From assembly GCF_964355755.1 (NCBI RefSeq), contig NC_092674.1, positions 23,250,001 through 23,314,000 of the forward strand: a stretch of DNA of 64,000 nt, written 5' to 3'. A model generated the notes under the pieces. It saw nothing but the letters and a program-made list of their open reading frames with translations. It was not told the origin of the DNA and did not search any database. The position numbers and the translations under genes are program-made. Source of the DNA: Antedon mediterranea. Lineage: Eukaryota > Animalia > Echinodermata. This document shows, one piece after another, positions 51,801-62,431 of this stretch (position 1 is the first letter of the stretch; every line of letters begins with the position of its first letter).

Positions 51801-54800
51801 TTGCTCGAGAATTCTCCTGCACTTATGTTTTAAACTAAATGAGTTAGTTAGGTTCTATTACATATTCACTACAGCCATTCATCACTATTTTTTATCCAAC
51901 CACCAGACAGGCTTCCAGTTGCTGGAGAGTTGTATGATAGCTCCTGGCCATTGAATACTGTCTTTTCATTATATTTCCTTAAATATCTGTAAGTGTGATG
52001 TGCCCAAATATGGTAGTGATATGTCCAAAAATGGTAATAATATGCCCAAAGATGACATCATTGTGTCCATATTTGGCCACATCACATTTCATTTGCCACA
52101 TAAAGTTTGATAGTGTAGACAGAGCTTTAGTCTTCTGTTGCCAATACAGCTTGCTTTTTTATTAAGTCTGTTCATTATATTTCTAGACGAAGGTGCCCTT
52201 GTAAAAGCTGCAAATGATCTTGGTTTTGTGTTCACAGAGAGAACACCAGAATATGTAGAAATAGATGTGGTGAGTATAGATAATTATATATCTTTATAAC
52301 AAATCTTGTATGAAATGTGTTAAACATTAAATGTGTTAAACATTAAACGTGTTAAACATTAAACGTGTTAAACATTAAACGTGTTAAACATTAAACGTGT
52401 TAAACATTAAACGTGTTAAACATTAAACGTGTTTAACATTAAACGTGTTTAACATTAAATTAATTAATTTTTCTGTCTTGCAGCATGGTCAAGTTGAACG
52501 CTATTATGTACTTAATGTCTTGGAATTTACAAGGTAATGTTTTTAGAAAAAGCTTTTTTTCATTGGTTTTTTTTTTCTGCATGATTGCCGGAGTAGGGTG
52601 CAGTATTAATATTTTTTGGGCTTGATTCCCACTAGAGATGCAATGTAACACAACGTATTTATAGTGATTTGACTAATCACAAGTAATGTATTATTTGAAC
52701 TGTTACTTGTCATTAGTCAACTCGCTTGCGTTGAGTCTATTTCCTTATGTTGTGTCTAATAGGAACCAAGCTTTAGAGCTTTGTTTTAATAACGATTTAC
52801 ATTTGAATTTGTCTATGGTTTAAATTTGCTGTAAGTAACATGTCAGAGAAATTGTGTCTCTTCACCATTTACTGTTATTAACGGTGTGTGTCAACCTACA
52901 TCAGCCTTGGTGCAAATTAATATTTTAGTGTTTGTGGCAGATGGTATTGTTAATTTCCTGGTTGCTTTTGTTTTCTTTGTTTTGTATGTTTTGTATATGG
53001 ATGTAATATCTGAAATAAAGGAAATGAATAAATTAATTAATTAATATAAATACAGTAGAACTTCCTATCAAGGAATATAACCCAACATTTCCCCTTAGTT
53101 GGCCACAAACATATTTTCCCTCATTTGTTTTAAAAAAAGCCTTTCCTGAAAGGAGGGGTCTACTGTATATTTAATTTAATTTATTAATAATAACATATTT
53201 TTAATAATATGTAATATGATTTATATTCCAAAATAACATTTTTATTTTGTAAACTTCAGTAAAAGAAAAAGAATGTCTACAATAGTACGTACAGAGGATG
53301 GGCGTATATTTGTGTTGTGTAAAGGAGCTGATAATGTGATTTATGATCGATTAGGAAAATACCAAGAATTCAAAGAGTCAACTCTACAACATCTAGAAGA
53401 ATTTGCAGCAGAAGGTATTACAGGGGTATAGCTAGATCAGTCTAGGTGGCAGGTGTAACAAGGAGCACAATAGTGGAGTGGAGTTGGTGGTTATGATGCT
53501 TGGCTACAAATCCAAGTGTCCTGGGTTCAAGTCCTGTTATATGTCAGGATTTTTTTCTAATGACAAATTACAACTCCACACCCAAAGACTTGTAATAAGT
53601 CTTTGTTTATGTAGAGCATCTTGTGTATATGTTTGTTTTGTGAACAGTATTGCCACCTTTAAGGAGGATAGTGAATTAAATCCCTTTGGTTATCTTTGGA
53701 AATTCGCCTATATATATAAAAACGAAACAAATAAAAATAAGCTACTAAGCCTTTAAGGCTATCATGGAAAATTTTCTATAAATATTATTTTTCTGTAATC
53801 TCATTAGAATAATTCAAATCTAATCAATTTTATCTCACTTGGCTTATAAATCTAAATAAAAATTGGTTAAAATGTAATGATCAGATTTCTTACTCTTACA
53901 GGACATAAGTTCATATACTGGCTAATATCATTTTAATATCTGCTTTATTCATATCTTAATTTTCTCATCTGATGAAGCGAAATATTCATTACTAATATTA
54001 ATTATTGATCATTAATTTTGACAGGTTTGAGAACTCTGTGTTTTGCATTTCGTGAAGTAGCCCAAGAGGAATATGATGTAAGTATATATAGGTTGATGCA
54101 AGTAATGTTAAATTTGACCAGTAATTACCAGTTTGATTATTTCAAATTCATGGCTTGATATGTCAAACTTCATTCATCTCTCACTGAGGGAAGCTACAGT
54201 AGGTGCTCGCAATTTTCGATATGCAAATATTAAAATATAATAAGTATGAAAAATACAAGAGGAAACAATTTTCGACATTTAAAATTGCAATTAAATAATT
54301 TTGTGCCTGATTATATCATTATATATCATCATTATATTCATTCATAAATAAACAATCAATTCCACGCCCACTAAACTTTTGACTGATTTTTGACCATTTA
54401 GCTTCCTCAAATATTTGGCTAAAGCACAATGCGAATATGTGAGAACATGAATATATGAGAATATGTACATTGTACAGTACTGCTGTTATTTGTCACAGCT
54501 AGACATAAGATCAAAGTTCCTATCTTGGCATTTTTTTAGAGTAATACTACCAAAAATGCAGTCAACTCTGTCTTGTTAAACAGTAAATTTTTAAACTAAT
54601 GTTATATTCTCACCACTCAACTCATAAATATTCATTACCTGTACCCTCATGAATATTCATTACCTGTAGCCTCATGAATATTCATTACCTGTATATTGTT
54701 TACCAGGAATGGAATGCAACTTACTATAAAGCTAGCACAGCTTTGCAGAATCGTGATGCAAAACTAGAAGACGCTGCTGAGCTTATTGAGATGAACTTCA

Positions 54801-57800
54801 TGCTGATTGGTGCTTCAGCAATTGAAGACAAACTACAACAGGTAAACAATGCATTATTTATGAAATCATGAATATTGAATCAAATATGTACTTGTTATTT
54901 GATTGGTTGACTACAAATCATGTGCCATCCAATAATTTACTAAATCCTCATTAGGTCCTGTTTTTTTATAAACATTCTGGTAAGTGTGTTTTACATTCTA
55001 AAACCAACCTGTTGTGTGCTATAACTGTCTATAAAGGCTCTACTTGACTGTCAACTTTTGAACGGCATCTGTTTTTAGCATGTATCCCTAGACTTCTTTA
55101 GTTTCATCTCTAGACTTTGTAAGATTCATCCCTGGTTAATAACTGGGTTAATGTCGGTTGTGTTAGTTTATGTTTTTATATACTGCAGGGTGTTCCAGAA
55201 ACAATTTCAACATTGATGTTAGCCGACATACGTATTTGGGTTTTGACTGGAGACAAACAGGAAACCGCTATCAATATTGGTAATATAAGCAAAATAATTT
55301 CACTTAAAACAAAGTTAAAATTATATTTTACTAAGTAAGTTTAATAAATCTAGTTTTGTTAATGTTGTTTTTTTTTTTAGGTTACGCAAGTCGTCTTATC
55401 ACCCAAGAAATGCAGCTTCTAATTCTGAACGAAGACTCTTTAGACGAGACACGTGACAGACTGCGTATGTTGACAGAAGATTATATAGATCCATCAGGAG
55501 TGCAGAGTGAAGTCGCGCTTATTGTGGATGGAAAGGTAGGCTCCCGTCCATGCAGTTTCTGCTTGAGGCGAGAGATCAAGGAAGTAGACTACTATATAAT
55601 TCACTACATACTGTAAAAACAAGTTACATATGCCATTTTTGCGACATAAAACTTTTCGCAAATTTGAAAAATAAATTAAATACTGTAAAAAGATCACGTC
55701 AATCCATCGTGGGCACAACCATCCTGTTAAAATTCATGTACTCTGTAGTAAATACAGTATCGCATTTTAGTAAAATTAATAAGATTGTGTCAACCATTGT
55801 ATACATAACATTCTTCATGTTGCGTATTCAATACTTCCTGAAAATTATTCGCGGCATAAAACATTTGCAAATTTCATTCCATTTCACTCACAGAATTCAG
55901 AAGATTAATGTGCCTAAAAGTTTCTTGTTTCACTGTACTGCATATAAATATAATGAGGCTTTTGTGATTTTAAAAAAAGTAGCTGAATTGCCTGAAAGAT
56001 TTTAAACATGATTGAGGAAATTTTGGCTTATATTGTAAATATTTACAATCAATTTCTATTTTTTATTTTCTATACAGACTCTGATATATGCCTTGGACTT
56101 TAGCCTTCGTAAAGATTTCCTTGAATTAGCAATCAGTTGTAAGTCTGTTATTTGTTGTCGTGTGTCACCCATGCAGAAATCCGAGCTTGTGGAGCTGGTC
56201 AAACACAACGTGAATGCGGTCACCCTGGCCATTGGGGATGGTGCTAATGATGTTAGCATGATTCAGGTTGGTGGAAACATCTTGTATACAAATATTGACA
56301 TGGTTGAAGGAAATTATAAAGGCTGGGGCACACTGAACCATAGTACACGCGAAACAGCACACGTCTAGTGTCAAATTGAACTGTAATTTTGACGCGACTG
56401 ATTTTAGTGTGAACATCAAATCAAATGTGACACGTGTAGGCATCAGTCCAATTTAAACACAGTAACTACAGAGCTCGCGCACATGAATTTGCTTGAATTG
56501 CTTATTTAGGAACTTTTTCAAGCTTTGTCCGATTTGATGTGTATTGTGTGACGCTTCTAGTGCAAATGTTTAGCGTGCCTTAACACTGATCTGTCAAGCT
56601 CGGTTTCCCCAAAATTTACAATTAAAATTTAAGTCTCTGTGAATTTTAATGTTTCAACTTTCATAGGCTGCTGATGTAGGTGTGGGTATTAGTGGTAATG
56701 AAGGCCTACAAGCGGCAAATTCATCTGACTATTCTATCGCTCAGTTCCGTTACCTCAAAAAGCTGATGTTGGTTCACGGTGTCTGGAGCTACAGTCGTAT
56801 ATCTAAGCTTATACTGTACTCATTCTACAAGAATATATGCCTGTATATCATGGAGGTTAGTTTAAATTATGAAGGTTTGTTTTTTTGTTATTTTAGGATA
56901 TTCTATCGATCATTTTTGTGTGTAAAGCACTTACAAACCTTGTAATATTAGGCGCTATATAAGACTACCATTATTATTATTACTATGGCTGTAAAAGTAG
57001 GTATCAATGTCAACTATGTATTATAATTTATTATTTTTCTATCGGCATGGTCAACTCTGCGTCTAGACCTTGAAAACGTGTAAAAATCCTATGGTTGTAA
57101 AAGTGGATATCAATGGCACGGTCAAATGTGCATTATTACTTTTAATTGCCAATAAAAACATATTTGTGTATGTTTTGATAATTAATTCTATATATTTCCT
57201 AATATATATTTAGATATTTTAACCTTGAAAAATAAAATGTTTTTTTTTTTAGTTTTGGTTTGCTATGATGAATGGTTGGTCAGGTCAAATTCTCTTTAAT
57301 CGTTGGTGCATTGCGTTCTACAATGTAATGTTCACGGTCATGCCGCCGTTCGCTATTGGTCTGTTTGATCGTAATATCAGCGCACAGAGTATGCAGCGTT
57401 TCCCACAGCTTTATAAACCTTCCCAGAATGCAGAGTACTTTAACACAAAGGTAACAATAAGCGAATAAAGTTTAAAATTTTCGATTTCAAAAACTTACTG
57501 TTTATACATCACAAATTAGCTCTATACAGTTTTTCTTCAGATGTTATGCTTTTAAACAGTGAGTCCCATTTCATTTTGGTTTTCTTTTAACAATGTCATC
57601 TTCCATCTTTCACAATTAAAGTTTTTATTTTCATACGCATCCAACAGAGAGTAACTCACCAATTGCAGATAGATATACTATTTAATAATTTAACGTGCTT
57701 ATAAACTAAAAAGTAAAGAGTGAAAGAGTCGTGAGTTATAACCCTGGCACTAGGTCAGGATTGAACCCCCGGCACTTGGGATTGGAAGGCAAGCACATTA

Positions 57801-60800
57801 ACCACCAAGCTATGAAATATGTTAGACTAAAATGTCCTTTTTAGAATTAATTCCCATTTTCTAGGTGTCTAGGGAGAATTTACTCTCAATTATTTTAATA
57901 CCAAGTGTATTATATATTAACTGTACTGTATATTATACTTTCAATTGTAATGATCTTTGGAGACCCACTTGATAGTTTGATTTTGTTCACTTTTGGGAAT
58001 CCTGTCTCTCTCTATTATTGGATATTTTTTGTTATAAATGAAATGAAAGTAAATGAAATGAAATGCCTCTATGCACGATGAAATAAATTTTTAGGAAAAA
58101 ACAAAATAACTAAATTAACACAATGAAGGAAATAGCTACAGTAAACAGACTTTCAATTGTTTTGAAAACATAATTTTTGCCTCTCTGAAATGCGATCTTG
58201 TTTTGTTATCAGGTATTTTGGATGTGGACAGTAAACTCTATTGTGCACTCTCTACTCATCTTCTGGATCAGTATTGGTGCCTTACATCAGGATGCAGCCT
58301 TCAAGGAAGGCTATACTGGGGACTATCTATTTGTTGGCAATATGGTATACACAGTAAGTAATACTAAACATTTGTCTATGGTAGCCAATTATATCAAGGC
58401 AATCTTAAACAACAGGACACTGAGCTTGCCTTGCCAAGATAGGAACTCGTAACAGTCCTTTGATCTTATGTCTAGCTGCTACAAATACCAACAGTACTGT
58501 CCTATGTAAATAAGCTCTGCGTCTGTTAAGGGGCATGAAACTTATTGTGTCGCAGCCACAGATAAACCATTTGATGTCTGGAATTCAGGATCCTGTTGTT
58601 AGATTTCCTTGGTTATACTCAGTATTAGCATCATGTGATTATATAATTATCAAAACCGAGTGCTGTAAAACATCCAGAGAAGTAAGTCTTTTCTGGATGA
58701 CAGCTTTTGATCTCTCTTTTTACACTGCTTGTAAATGTGAGAATTCAATGCAGTTATAACTGACAGGGTGTACATTTTTACTTGTATAGTATTGCATCAT
58801 TACTCGCACCCCATTCCCTACACCTTTTAGAGCAAGTTTACAAGTTTAATTTTGTGTGTGTGCGCACACATGATGTTAAAAATAGTATACAGAATATTAT
58901 ATACAATATGTTTTAGTTAACAAACTAGAACTGTATTTACAGTATGTTGTTGTTGTCGTCAGTTTGAAAGCTGGACTTGAAATGGATGCATGGAGCTGGG
59001 TAAGTATGCTAGGCTCTTATTACTTAAAGTCATTACATACTCAATGACATAGCGTTGTCCTACATCATATACTTACTCTAATATACAAGTGTACATTGCA
59101 AATTTAATTTAAAAGATTGTGGTCATTTAATTGCCATTATGTTTCCAAACTAGACACATACAATACAAGATCAAAGGATGTATTAAAATTGGATAGAATA
59201 TATAAAAAAACGTCTTTCCTATCATGGTGCTAGATTATGGAATACTCTAGAAAAACCAATGCAAAATGCCACAAATTTAAATACTTTAAAAAAATTATTG
59301 GTGTAATTTAGGCCTATTATTTATTTTGTACTCTTAGCATAATTGTAAGGTTTCTATATATTTTTGTTCTCTAATTTGTTTAATTTTTAAAATTTGTTAT
59401 TTTTAAATGTGTATTGTATTACTGTTAGTTGATCACGGCCTTGTAAAAGAACACCTTTATGGTGACACAAGCTTTTCCATGTTAAAATAAAGTATTTATT
59501 ATTATTATATTATATGGAAAGGTTGTAGGTTAATTACAAGAAAAAAGAATACCTTAGATTTGCAACTACGGACAAACTAACATTTATTAATCTCTCGACG
59601 TTGTTGACATTGTTTGGGGGCTTGTGGTGCAGTGTGTTGGACGTTAGACTACTGATCGTGTGTTCAAATCCAATGCTAGTCACATTGTATCCTTAGGCAA
59701 GATACTTTGCTTACGCTTATCTCCAACCCAGGTGTACAAATGGGTACCAGGTTGTTTCCATACGTGTCTAAAATTTACCAGGTTAATCAAATTTACAGCA
59801 CAACATTAGGCGCTTCATAAATACAAGATATTAATATTTACATACAGTATAAATTTACTTGTCATAATTATTCTTTTGCTAGATAATTATTTACTATGAT
59901 ACTGTTGGTACTATTTTTTTTGTAGCCTGTGCATTTCTCCTTGTGGCATGGTTTCCTGTCTTGGTTAGCATTTTTTGCAATTTACTCAGCGTGTTTCCCA
60001 GTCTTCCCATCAGCTGGTGACATGTCAGGAGAGGTACGTGCAACAAGTAAACAAATATTTTTTTTGGTTCTGTTAAGGGACTCACATTTTTACAGAATAA
60101 CATTTTACTAAAAAGAATATTATTTAAGTACACAGAAACCACCTACAAAATGTCACCTTAACCGTCTACACTGGCAAACTTTATAAGACAGAAAAATCAG
60201 ATGTGCTTACATATAGACATGATGATGTCGTATCACTTCCATATTTGGGCATATCACTACCATATTTGGGCACATCACACTTTTTTCGTCAATCTAGTTT
60301 GATAGTGTAGACAGAGCTTAATAGGGGTTGTCCAAAACATATTGCCTTCATTTGTTTCACATGAAATTTTCTCCCTTTCATAGAGTGTACTAAAGATATA
60401 ATAGGGATGTCCCATGAATTGGGGTCTTCTTTCAAAAAGAGGCAGTAAAACAGTATTTATTTATTTTTAACATTCATTGTTTTATTTCTAGTCTCACATG
60501 GTGTTTTCATGCGGGATCTTCTGGATGCTTCTTTTTCTTATGCCTGTTGCTGTTTTAATGCGAGACGTTGTCTGGAAAAGGTAAATTTATAGAAATTGCG
60601 TTTTATGTTAACTGTTAAAATTCATGAAATGAAAAGCTATAACAGCTCCAATGAAATGTTACGCACAGAAACAATGTAGTAAGCCGCTGCGTAGTCCTTA
60701 TAGATTGAATTCAGACATGTGCAATTTTGAAAAGACCATACCCAGTAGAGTAGGGATATTGTATACAAATATTGACCAGGGTGACTATGCTATACTACCT

Positions 60801-62431
60801 ATATATATATCATATTCCATGAATTAAAAAGTCTTGTATATTGAATACTGTATATATTATGGATATGGTTAATTTCAGTATATGTCGTACTATGTATAAG
60901 AGCTTGGCACAAGAAGTACAGGAGGCTGAGATAGATCATATTGACCCAACAGCTATCATTAAGAAATCAGTTTCCAAAAGGTAAGATGACACCAAAGGTC
61001 ACACTACTGATTCCCAGTGCTGTATCTCCACATACTATCTAGTTCCGAAGTATCATAGGACTATTTGGTAATACAGCATCTCATTTATATCAAATATGGT
61101 GCCTGTATCAGGTAAGGTTAGGTTTATAATTAGGTTACTACTAGATACATGTCAAACACATGTGATGTATTACCAAATATTTATATGAAACCTCGAAAAT
61201 AGATACAGTACTGAGAAACAGCTGAGGCCACAGACAATTAATCTCTTTCCATTCTGGGCACGTCTTGTAATAGTATTCACGTTGTGTTAGATCTTCATCA
61301 CCTCATCTTCCAGGATCCCATTTTGACCTCTCTGTTTCTTGATAAAGGGTATAAAAAGACTGTTTTGTGTTTATTACAGGTTAAACGAAACTTCTCGTTT
61401 GTTGGGAAGACTAATGAAACGTAAGAAACCTATTGGAGCTGGTGGAAGTGAAGAGCATGTACCAACGGCTCGTAAGTTCCTTAAAGTGTTATTTCTAGTA
61501 TTTTATTGAGTGGTCGCGGTTAAGACAGTTGAATCATAGCCTTAATATGGCAAGGGTTCGAGGCTCACTCGCTTCATGGTTTTGGTGGTAGAGTTTTCTT
61601 GGAAGGACTATAATCTATAGGTCCATGAGTGTACACAAAATGATTGTGTGCACTATATAAAGAACATCTTTCGAGATGAGTAGGTAGCCACTGTGAACAG
61701 ACAAGAGAGCGTCAGAATTGGCAGCACTGACATGACGCTCGTGTGACGATTAGCGGATAAGAAATGTAGTTGAAAAGTGTTTTCATATTCCTCAGTGTCA
61801 TGAGCAATGAATGGCGCTATACAACTGTCTACATTACATTACATACATTGACGTTTTTCTTACTTTGGACAATACCTCTGTTTTTCTTTGAAGTCTTCTT
61901 TAAATAAATACTGATAATTTTTTGTTTTTTTTAGATGGTTACGCATTCTCACAAGAAGAGCATGGAGTAATTACGCAGGTATTTAAAACCGCTTTTTACG
62001 TTTCTTTAGAGATTGTTGAATTACTACTTACTGCAGGTTTGTTCATACAAAAAATGTAAATGTGGGGAAATCATGACTCGCAGCCTACTGGGCTAAATTG
62101 CACGCAGGTGTGGACGACACATACATTAACTTTCTTCTTCTTTGTGTCATACAGCTTCCACTAAACAGCGCTTATTTAACTGATAGCATAAAGCTCTATC
62201 TACACTATCAAACTTCATGTGACAAAAAAAGTGTGATGTGCCCAAATATGGTAGCGATATGATATCATCGTTTTTTTTGTAACATCAAGTTTGGTAGTGT
62301 AGACAGACATAAAGAATCTTTTTGTTGCGTTTTAGTAAGTATTAATTAAATTTTACAATTTACAATTTCAGTCGGAGGTTATTCGGGCATATGACACAAC
62401 CAAGCAGCCACACAATGATGTCAGTTCGTGA
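27825..62431 (+). CDS. ATP8A1: P4-ATPase phospholipid (phosphatidylserine) flippase, ATP8A1/ATP8A2 family; complete gene
   Basis: Motifs QQ ([16 protein letters not shown]), DGETN, PISL, DKTGTLT, KGAD, TGDK, GDGAND and C-terminal GYAFS. The 31 constitutive exons sum to 3489 nt (1162 aa + stop) with consistent phases. ATP8A1 versus ATP8A2 cannot be distinguished; it is probably a single pro-orthologue. Confidence 0.95.
29675..29731 (+). CDS. ATP8A1: ATP8A alternative exon 2a (57 nt, [19 protein letters not shown])
   Basis: TAG|...|GTAC, open, phase 1-1, paralogous to 30836-30898. Confidence 0.7.
29772..29792 (+). promoter_or_regulatory. Putative splicing selector 1 (after exon 2a)
   Basis: TCATGATCAAAGAAATTACCA; 14 nt perfectly complementary to 31892-31905. 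Confidence 0.6.
30836..30898 (+). CDS. ATP8A1: ATP8A alternative exon 2b (63 nt, [21 protein letters not shown])
   Basis: TAG|...|GTAC, open, phase 1-1, shares GCAGTGTACA start and ATTCAAG end with exon 2a. Confidence 0.7.
30932..30954 (+). promoter_or_regulatory. Putative splicing selector 2 (after exon 2b)
   Basis: AATCATGATCAAAGAAATTACCA; 16 nt perfectly complementary to 31892-31907. Confidence 0.6.
31796..31810 (+). CDS. ATP8A1: ATP8A candidate 15-nt microexon 2c (VRFAG)
   Basis: Pyrimidine tract, TGCTAAC branch-point-like motif, TAG acceptor, G|GTAAGA donor; frame-preserving phase 1-1. Confidence 0.55.
31887..31907 (+). promoter_or_regulatory. Putative splicing docking site (after microexon 2c)
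   Basis: TGGGATTCTTTGATCATGATT, reverse complement of both selector cores. Confidence 0.6.
32056..32280. mobile_element. PIF/Harbinger-type MITE (related degenerate copy at about 3955-4305)
   Basis: Imperfect TIR GGGATCATGTCAAAAT / ATCTTGACATGGTTCC with TTA on both sides. Confidence 0.7.
32421..32583 (+). CDS. ATP8A1: ATP8A exon (N-terminal tail)
   Basis: ESENVDST...[19 protein letters not shown]; phase 1-2. Confidence 0.85.
33503..33602 (+). CDS. ATP8A1: ATP8A exon, M1
   Basis: [33 protein letters not shown]. Confidence 0.94.
36489..36587 (+). CDS. ATP8A1: ATP8A exon, M2
   Basis: [33 protein letters not shown]. Confidence 0.95.
36791..36836 (+). CDS. ATP8A1: ATP8A exon
   Basis: [15 protein letters not shown]. 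Confidence 0.9.
40210..40250 (+). CDS. ATP8A1: ATP8A exon
   Basis: [14 protein letters not shown]. Confidence 0.88.
40328..40460. mobile_element. Representative of the dominant MITE family, about 130-170 bp, Harbinger-like, about 16 copies
   Basis: TIR AGCTCTGTCTACACTATCAAAC, TAA/TTA flanks. Other copies near 8358, 10975, 11820, 18415, 19916, 22500, 33776, 37874, 44040, 44591, 45617, 47387, 51990, 60160, 62191. Confidence 0.9.
40495..40765 (+). mobile_element. tRNA-derived CORE-like SINE (also 59615-59835 + and about 14800-15062 -)
   Basis: Shared TGTGTCCTTAGG...CCACCCAGGTGTACAAATGGGTAC core and GCGCTATAAGAA...TTATTATT L2-like tail. Confidence 0.65.
41776..41849 (+). CDS. ATP8A1: ATP8A exon, A domain
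   Basis: [24 protein letters not shown]. Confidence 0.92.
42189..42392 (+). CDS. ATP8A1: ATP8A exon, A domain DGET
   Basis: [24 protein letters not shown]. Confidence 0.95.
42712..42989 (+). CDS. ATP8A1: ATP8A exon, A domain/M3
   Basis: [33 protein letters not shown]. Confidence 0.95.
43243..43475. repeat. 21-bp minisatellite x11
   Basis: ATAATGAAATTCAAAGACCAT / ATAATGAAATTCAACGGCCAT variants; explains three overlapping repetitive ORFs. Confidence 0.96.
44325..44452 (+). CDS. ATP8A1: ATP8A exon, M4 PISL
   Basis: [32 protein letters not shown]. Confidence 0.95.
45272..45400 (+). mobile_element. tRNA-derived SINE family (also 53475-53600 + and 39580-39700 -)
   Basis: A-box-like GTGGCTTGGTGG and B-box-like GGGTTSAAGTCC followed by shared ATGTCAGGATTTTTTCTAA...TTACAA. 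Confidence 0.65.
45822..45988 (+). CDS. ATP8A1: ATP8A exon, phosphorylation motif
   Basis: [27 protein letters not shown]. Confidence 0.96.
46096..46273. mobile_element. PIF/Harbinger-type MITE
   Basis: TIR core GCCAATTTACACAGACGAGC / GCTCGTCTGTGTAAATTGGC, TAA on both sides. Confidence 0.82.
46730..46796 (+). CDS. ATP8A1: ATP8A exon
   Basis: [22 protein letters not shown]. Confidence 0.88.
47079..47264. mobile_element. Tigger/pogo-like MITE
   Basis: Perfect 24-bp TIR CAGTCAACTCTCCCAATACCGGAC, TA TSD. Confidence 0.92.
50026..50706 (-). mobile_element. Helentron-associated (HINE/DINE-1-like) non-autonomous rolling-circle element; degenerate partial copy at about 40760-40960
   Basis: Subterminal inverted TACCTCCGCC / GGCGGAGGTA, terminal stem ACCTCC-TTGGC-GGAGGT, (CAAA)n microsatellite, 3' hairpin and CTAG end on - strand, T-rich flanks. 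Confidence 0.75.
51028..51545. repeat. Tandem repeat of about 120-130 bp, x4
   Basis: AAACAGTATATATAAATGCTGTATAGATCAGTRGTTGGATCTCAAATGGAGATACAA... repeated four times. Confidence 0.95.
51587..51692 (+). CDS. ATP8A1: ATP8A exon, N domain
   Basis: [16 protein letters not shown]...YQASSP. Confidence 0.93.
52187..52269 (+). CDS. ATP8A1: ATP8A exon, N domain
   Basis: [21 protein letters not shown]. Confidence 0.93.
52313..52459. repeat. 16-bp minisatellite x9
   Basis: AAACGTGTTAAACATT repeated; fills most of a 214-nt intron. Confidence 0.95.
52484..52533 (+). CDS. ATP8A1: ATP8A exon
   Basis: [16 protein letters not shown]. Confidence 0.9.
53260..53414 (+). CDS. ATP8A1: ATP8A exon, N domain
   Basis: [31 protein letters not shown]. 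Confidence 0.94.
54025..54077 (+). CDS. ATP8A1: ATP8A exon
   Basis: [18 protein letters not shown]. Confidence 0.92.
54620..54693. repeat. 25-bp tandem repeat x3
   Basis: CTCATGAATATTCATTACCTGTA(C/G)C next to a splice acceptor. Confidence 0.88.
54707..54841 (+). CDS. ATP8A1: ATP8A exon
   Basis: [16 protein letters not shown]...[11 protein letters not shown]. Confidence 0.94.
55189..55279 (+). CDS. ATP8A1: ATP8A exon, P domain TGDK
   Basis: [30 protein letters not shown]. Confidence 0.95.
55381..55535 (+). CDS. ATP8A1: ATP8A exon
   Basis: [21 protein letters not shown]...ALIVDGK. Confidence 0.93.
56078..56266 (+). CDS. ATP8A1: ATP8A exon, GDGAND
   Basis: [11 protein letters not shown]...[15 protein letters not shown]. 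Confidence 0.96.
56667..56855 (+). CDS. ATP8A1: ATP8A exon, M5
   Basis: [16 protein letters not shown]...[13 protein letters not shown]. Confidence 0.95.
57253..57450 (+). CDS. ATP8A1: ATP8A exon, M6
   Basis: [28 protein letters not shown]. Confidence 0.95.
58213..58353 (+). CDS. ATP8A1: ATP8A exon, M7
   Basis: [13 protein letters not shown]...[10 protein letters not shown]. Confidence 0.94.
58943..58999 (+). CDS. ATP8A1: ATP8A exon, M8
   Basis: [19 protein letters not shown]. Confidence 0.92.
59926..60033 (+). CDS. ATP8A1: ATP8A exon, M9
   Basis: [21 protein letters not shown]...DMSGE. Confidence 0.9.
60492..60580 (+). CDS. ATP8A1: ATP8A exon, M10
   Basis: [29 protein letters not shown]. 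Confidence 0.9.
60879..60980 (+). CDS. ATP8A1: ATP8A exon, C-terminal tail
   Basis: [17 protein letters not shown]. Confidence 0.88.
61380..61471 (+). CDS. ATP8A1: ATP8A exon, C-terminal tail
   Basis: [16 protein letters not shown]. Confidence 0.85.
61505..61690 (+). mobile_element. tRNA-derived SINE with Deu/Nin-like domain (related fragments at 24765-24925 and 19065-19200)
   Basis: GGGTTCGAGG B-box-like head, then GTGTACACAAAATG...TAAAGAAC...GAGTAGG resembling the DeuSINE central domain (recognised from memory). Confidence 0.55.
61935..61978 (+). CDS. ATP8A1: ATP8A exon, GYAFS regulatory motif
   Basis: [15 protein letters not shown]. Confidence 0.93.
62372..62431 (+). CDS. ATP8A1: ATP8A last coding exon
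   Basis: [19 protein letters not shown]-stop (TGA). Confidence 0.92.
   Translation, partial: SEVIRAYDTTKQPHNDVSS

Noticed and set aside
55550-56005. 151-aa ORF
   Set aside because: Intronic, AT-rich, overlaps a degenerate MITE-like segment and shows no protein features.
61215-61345. Minus-strand coding-like fragment
   Set aside because: Interrupted by a stop; vaguely like an RTE LINE 3' end and too decayed to call.
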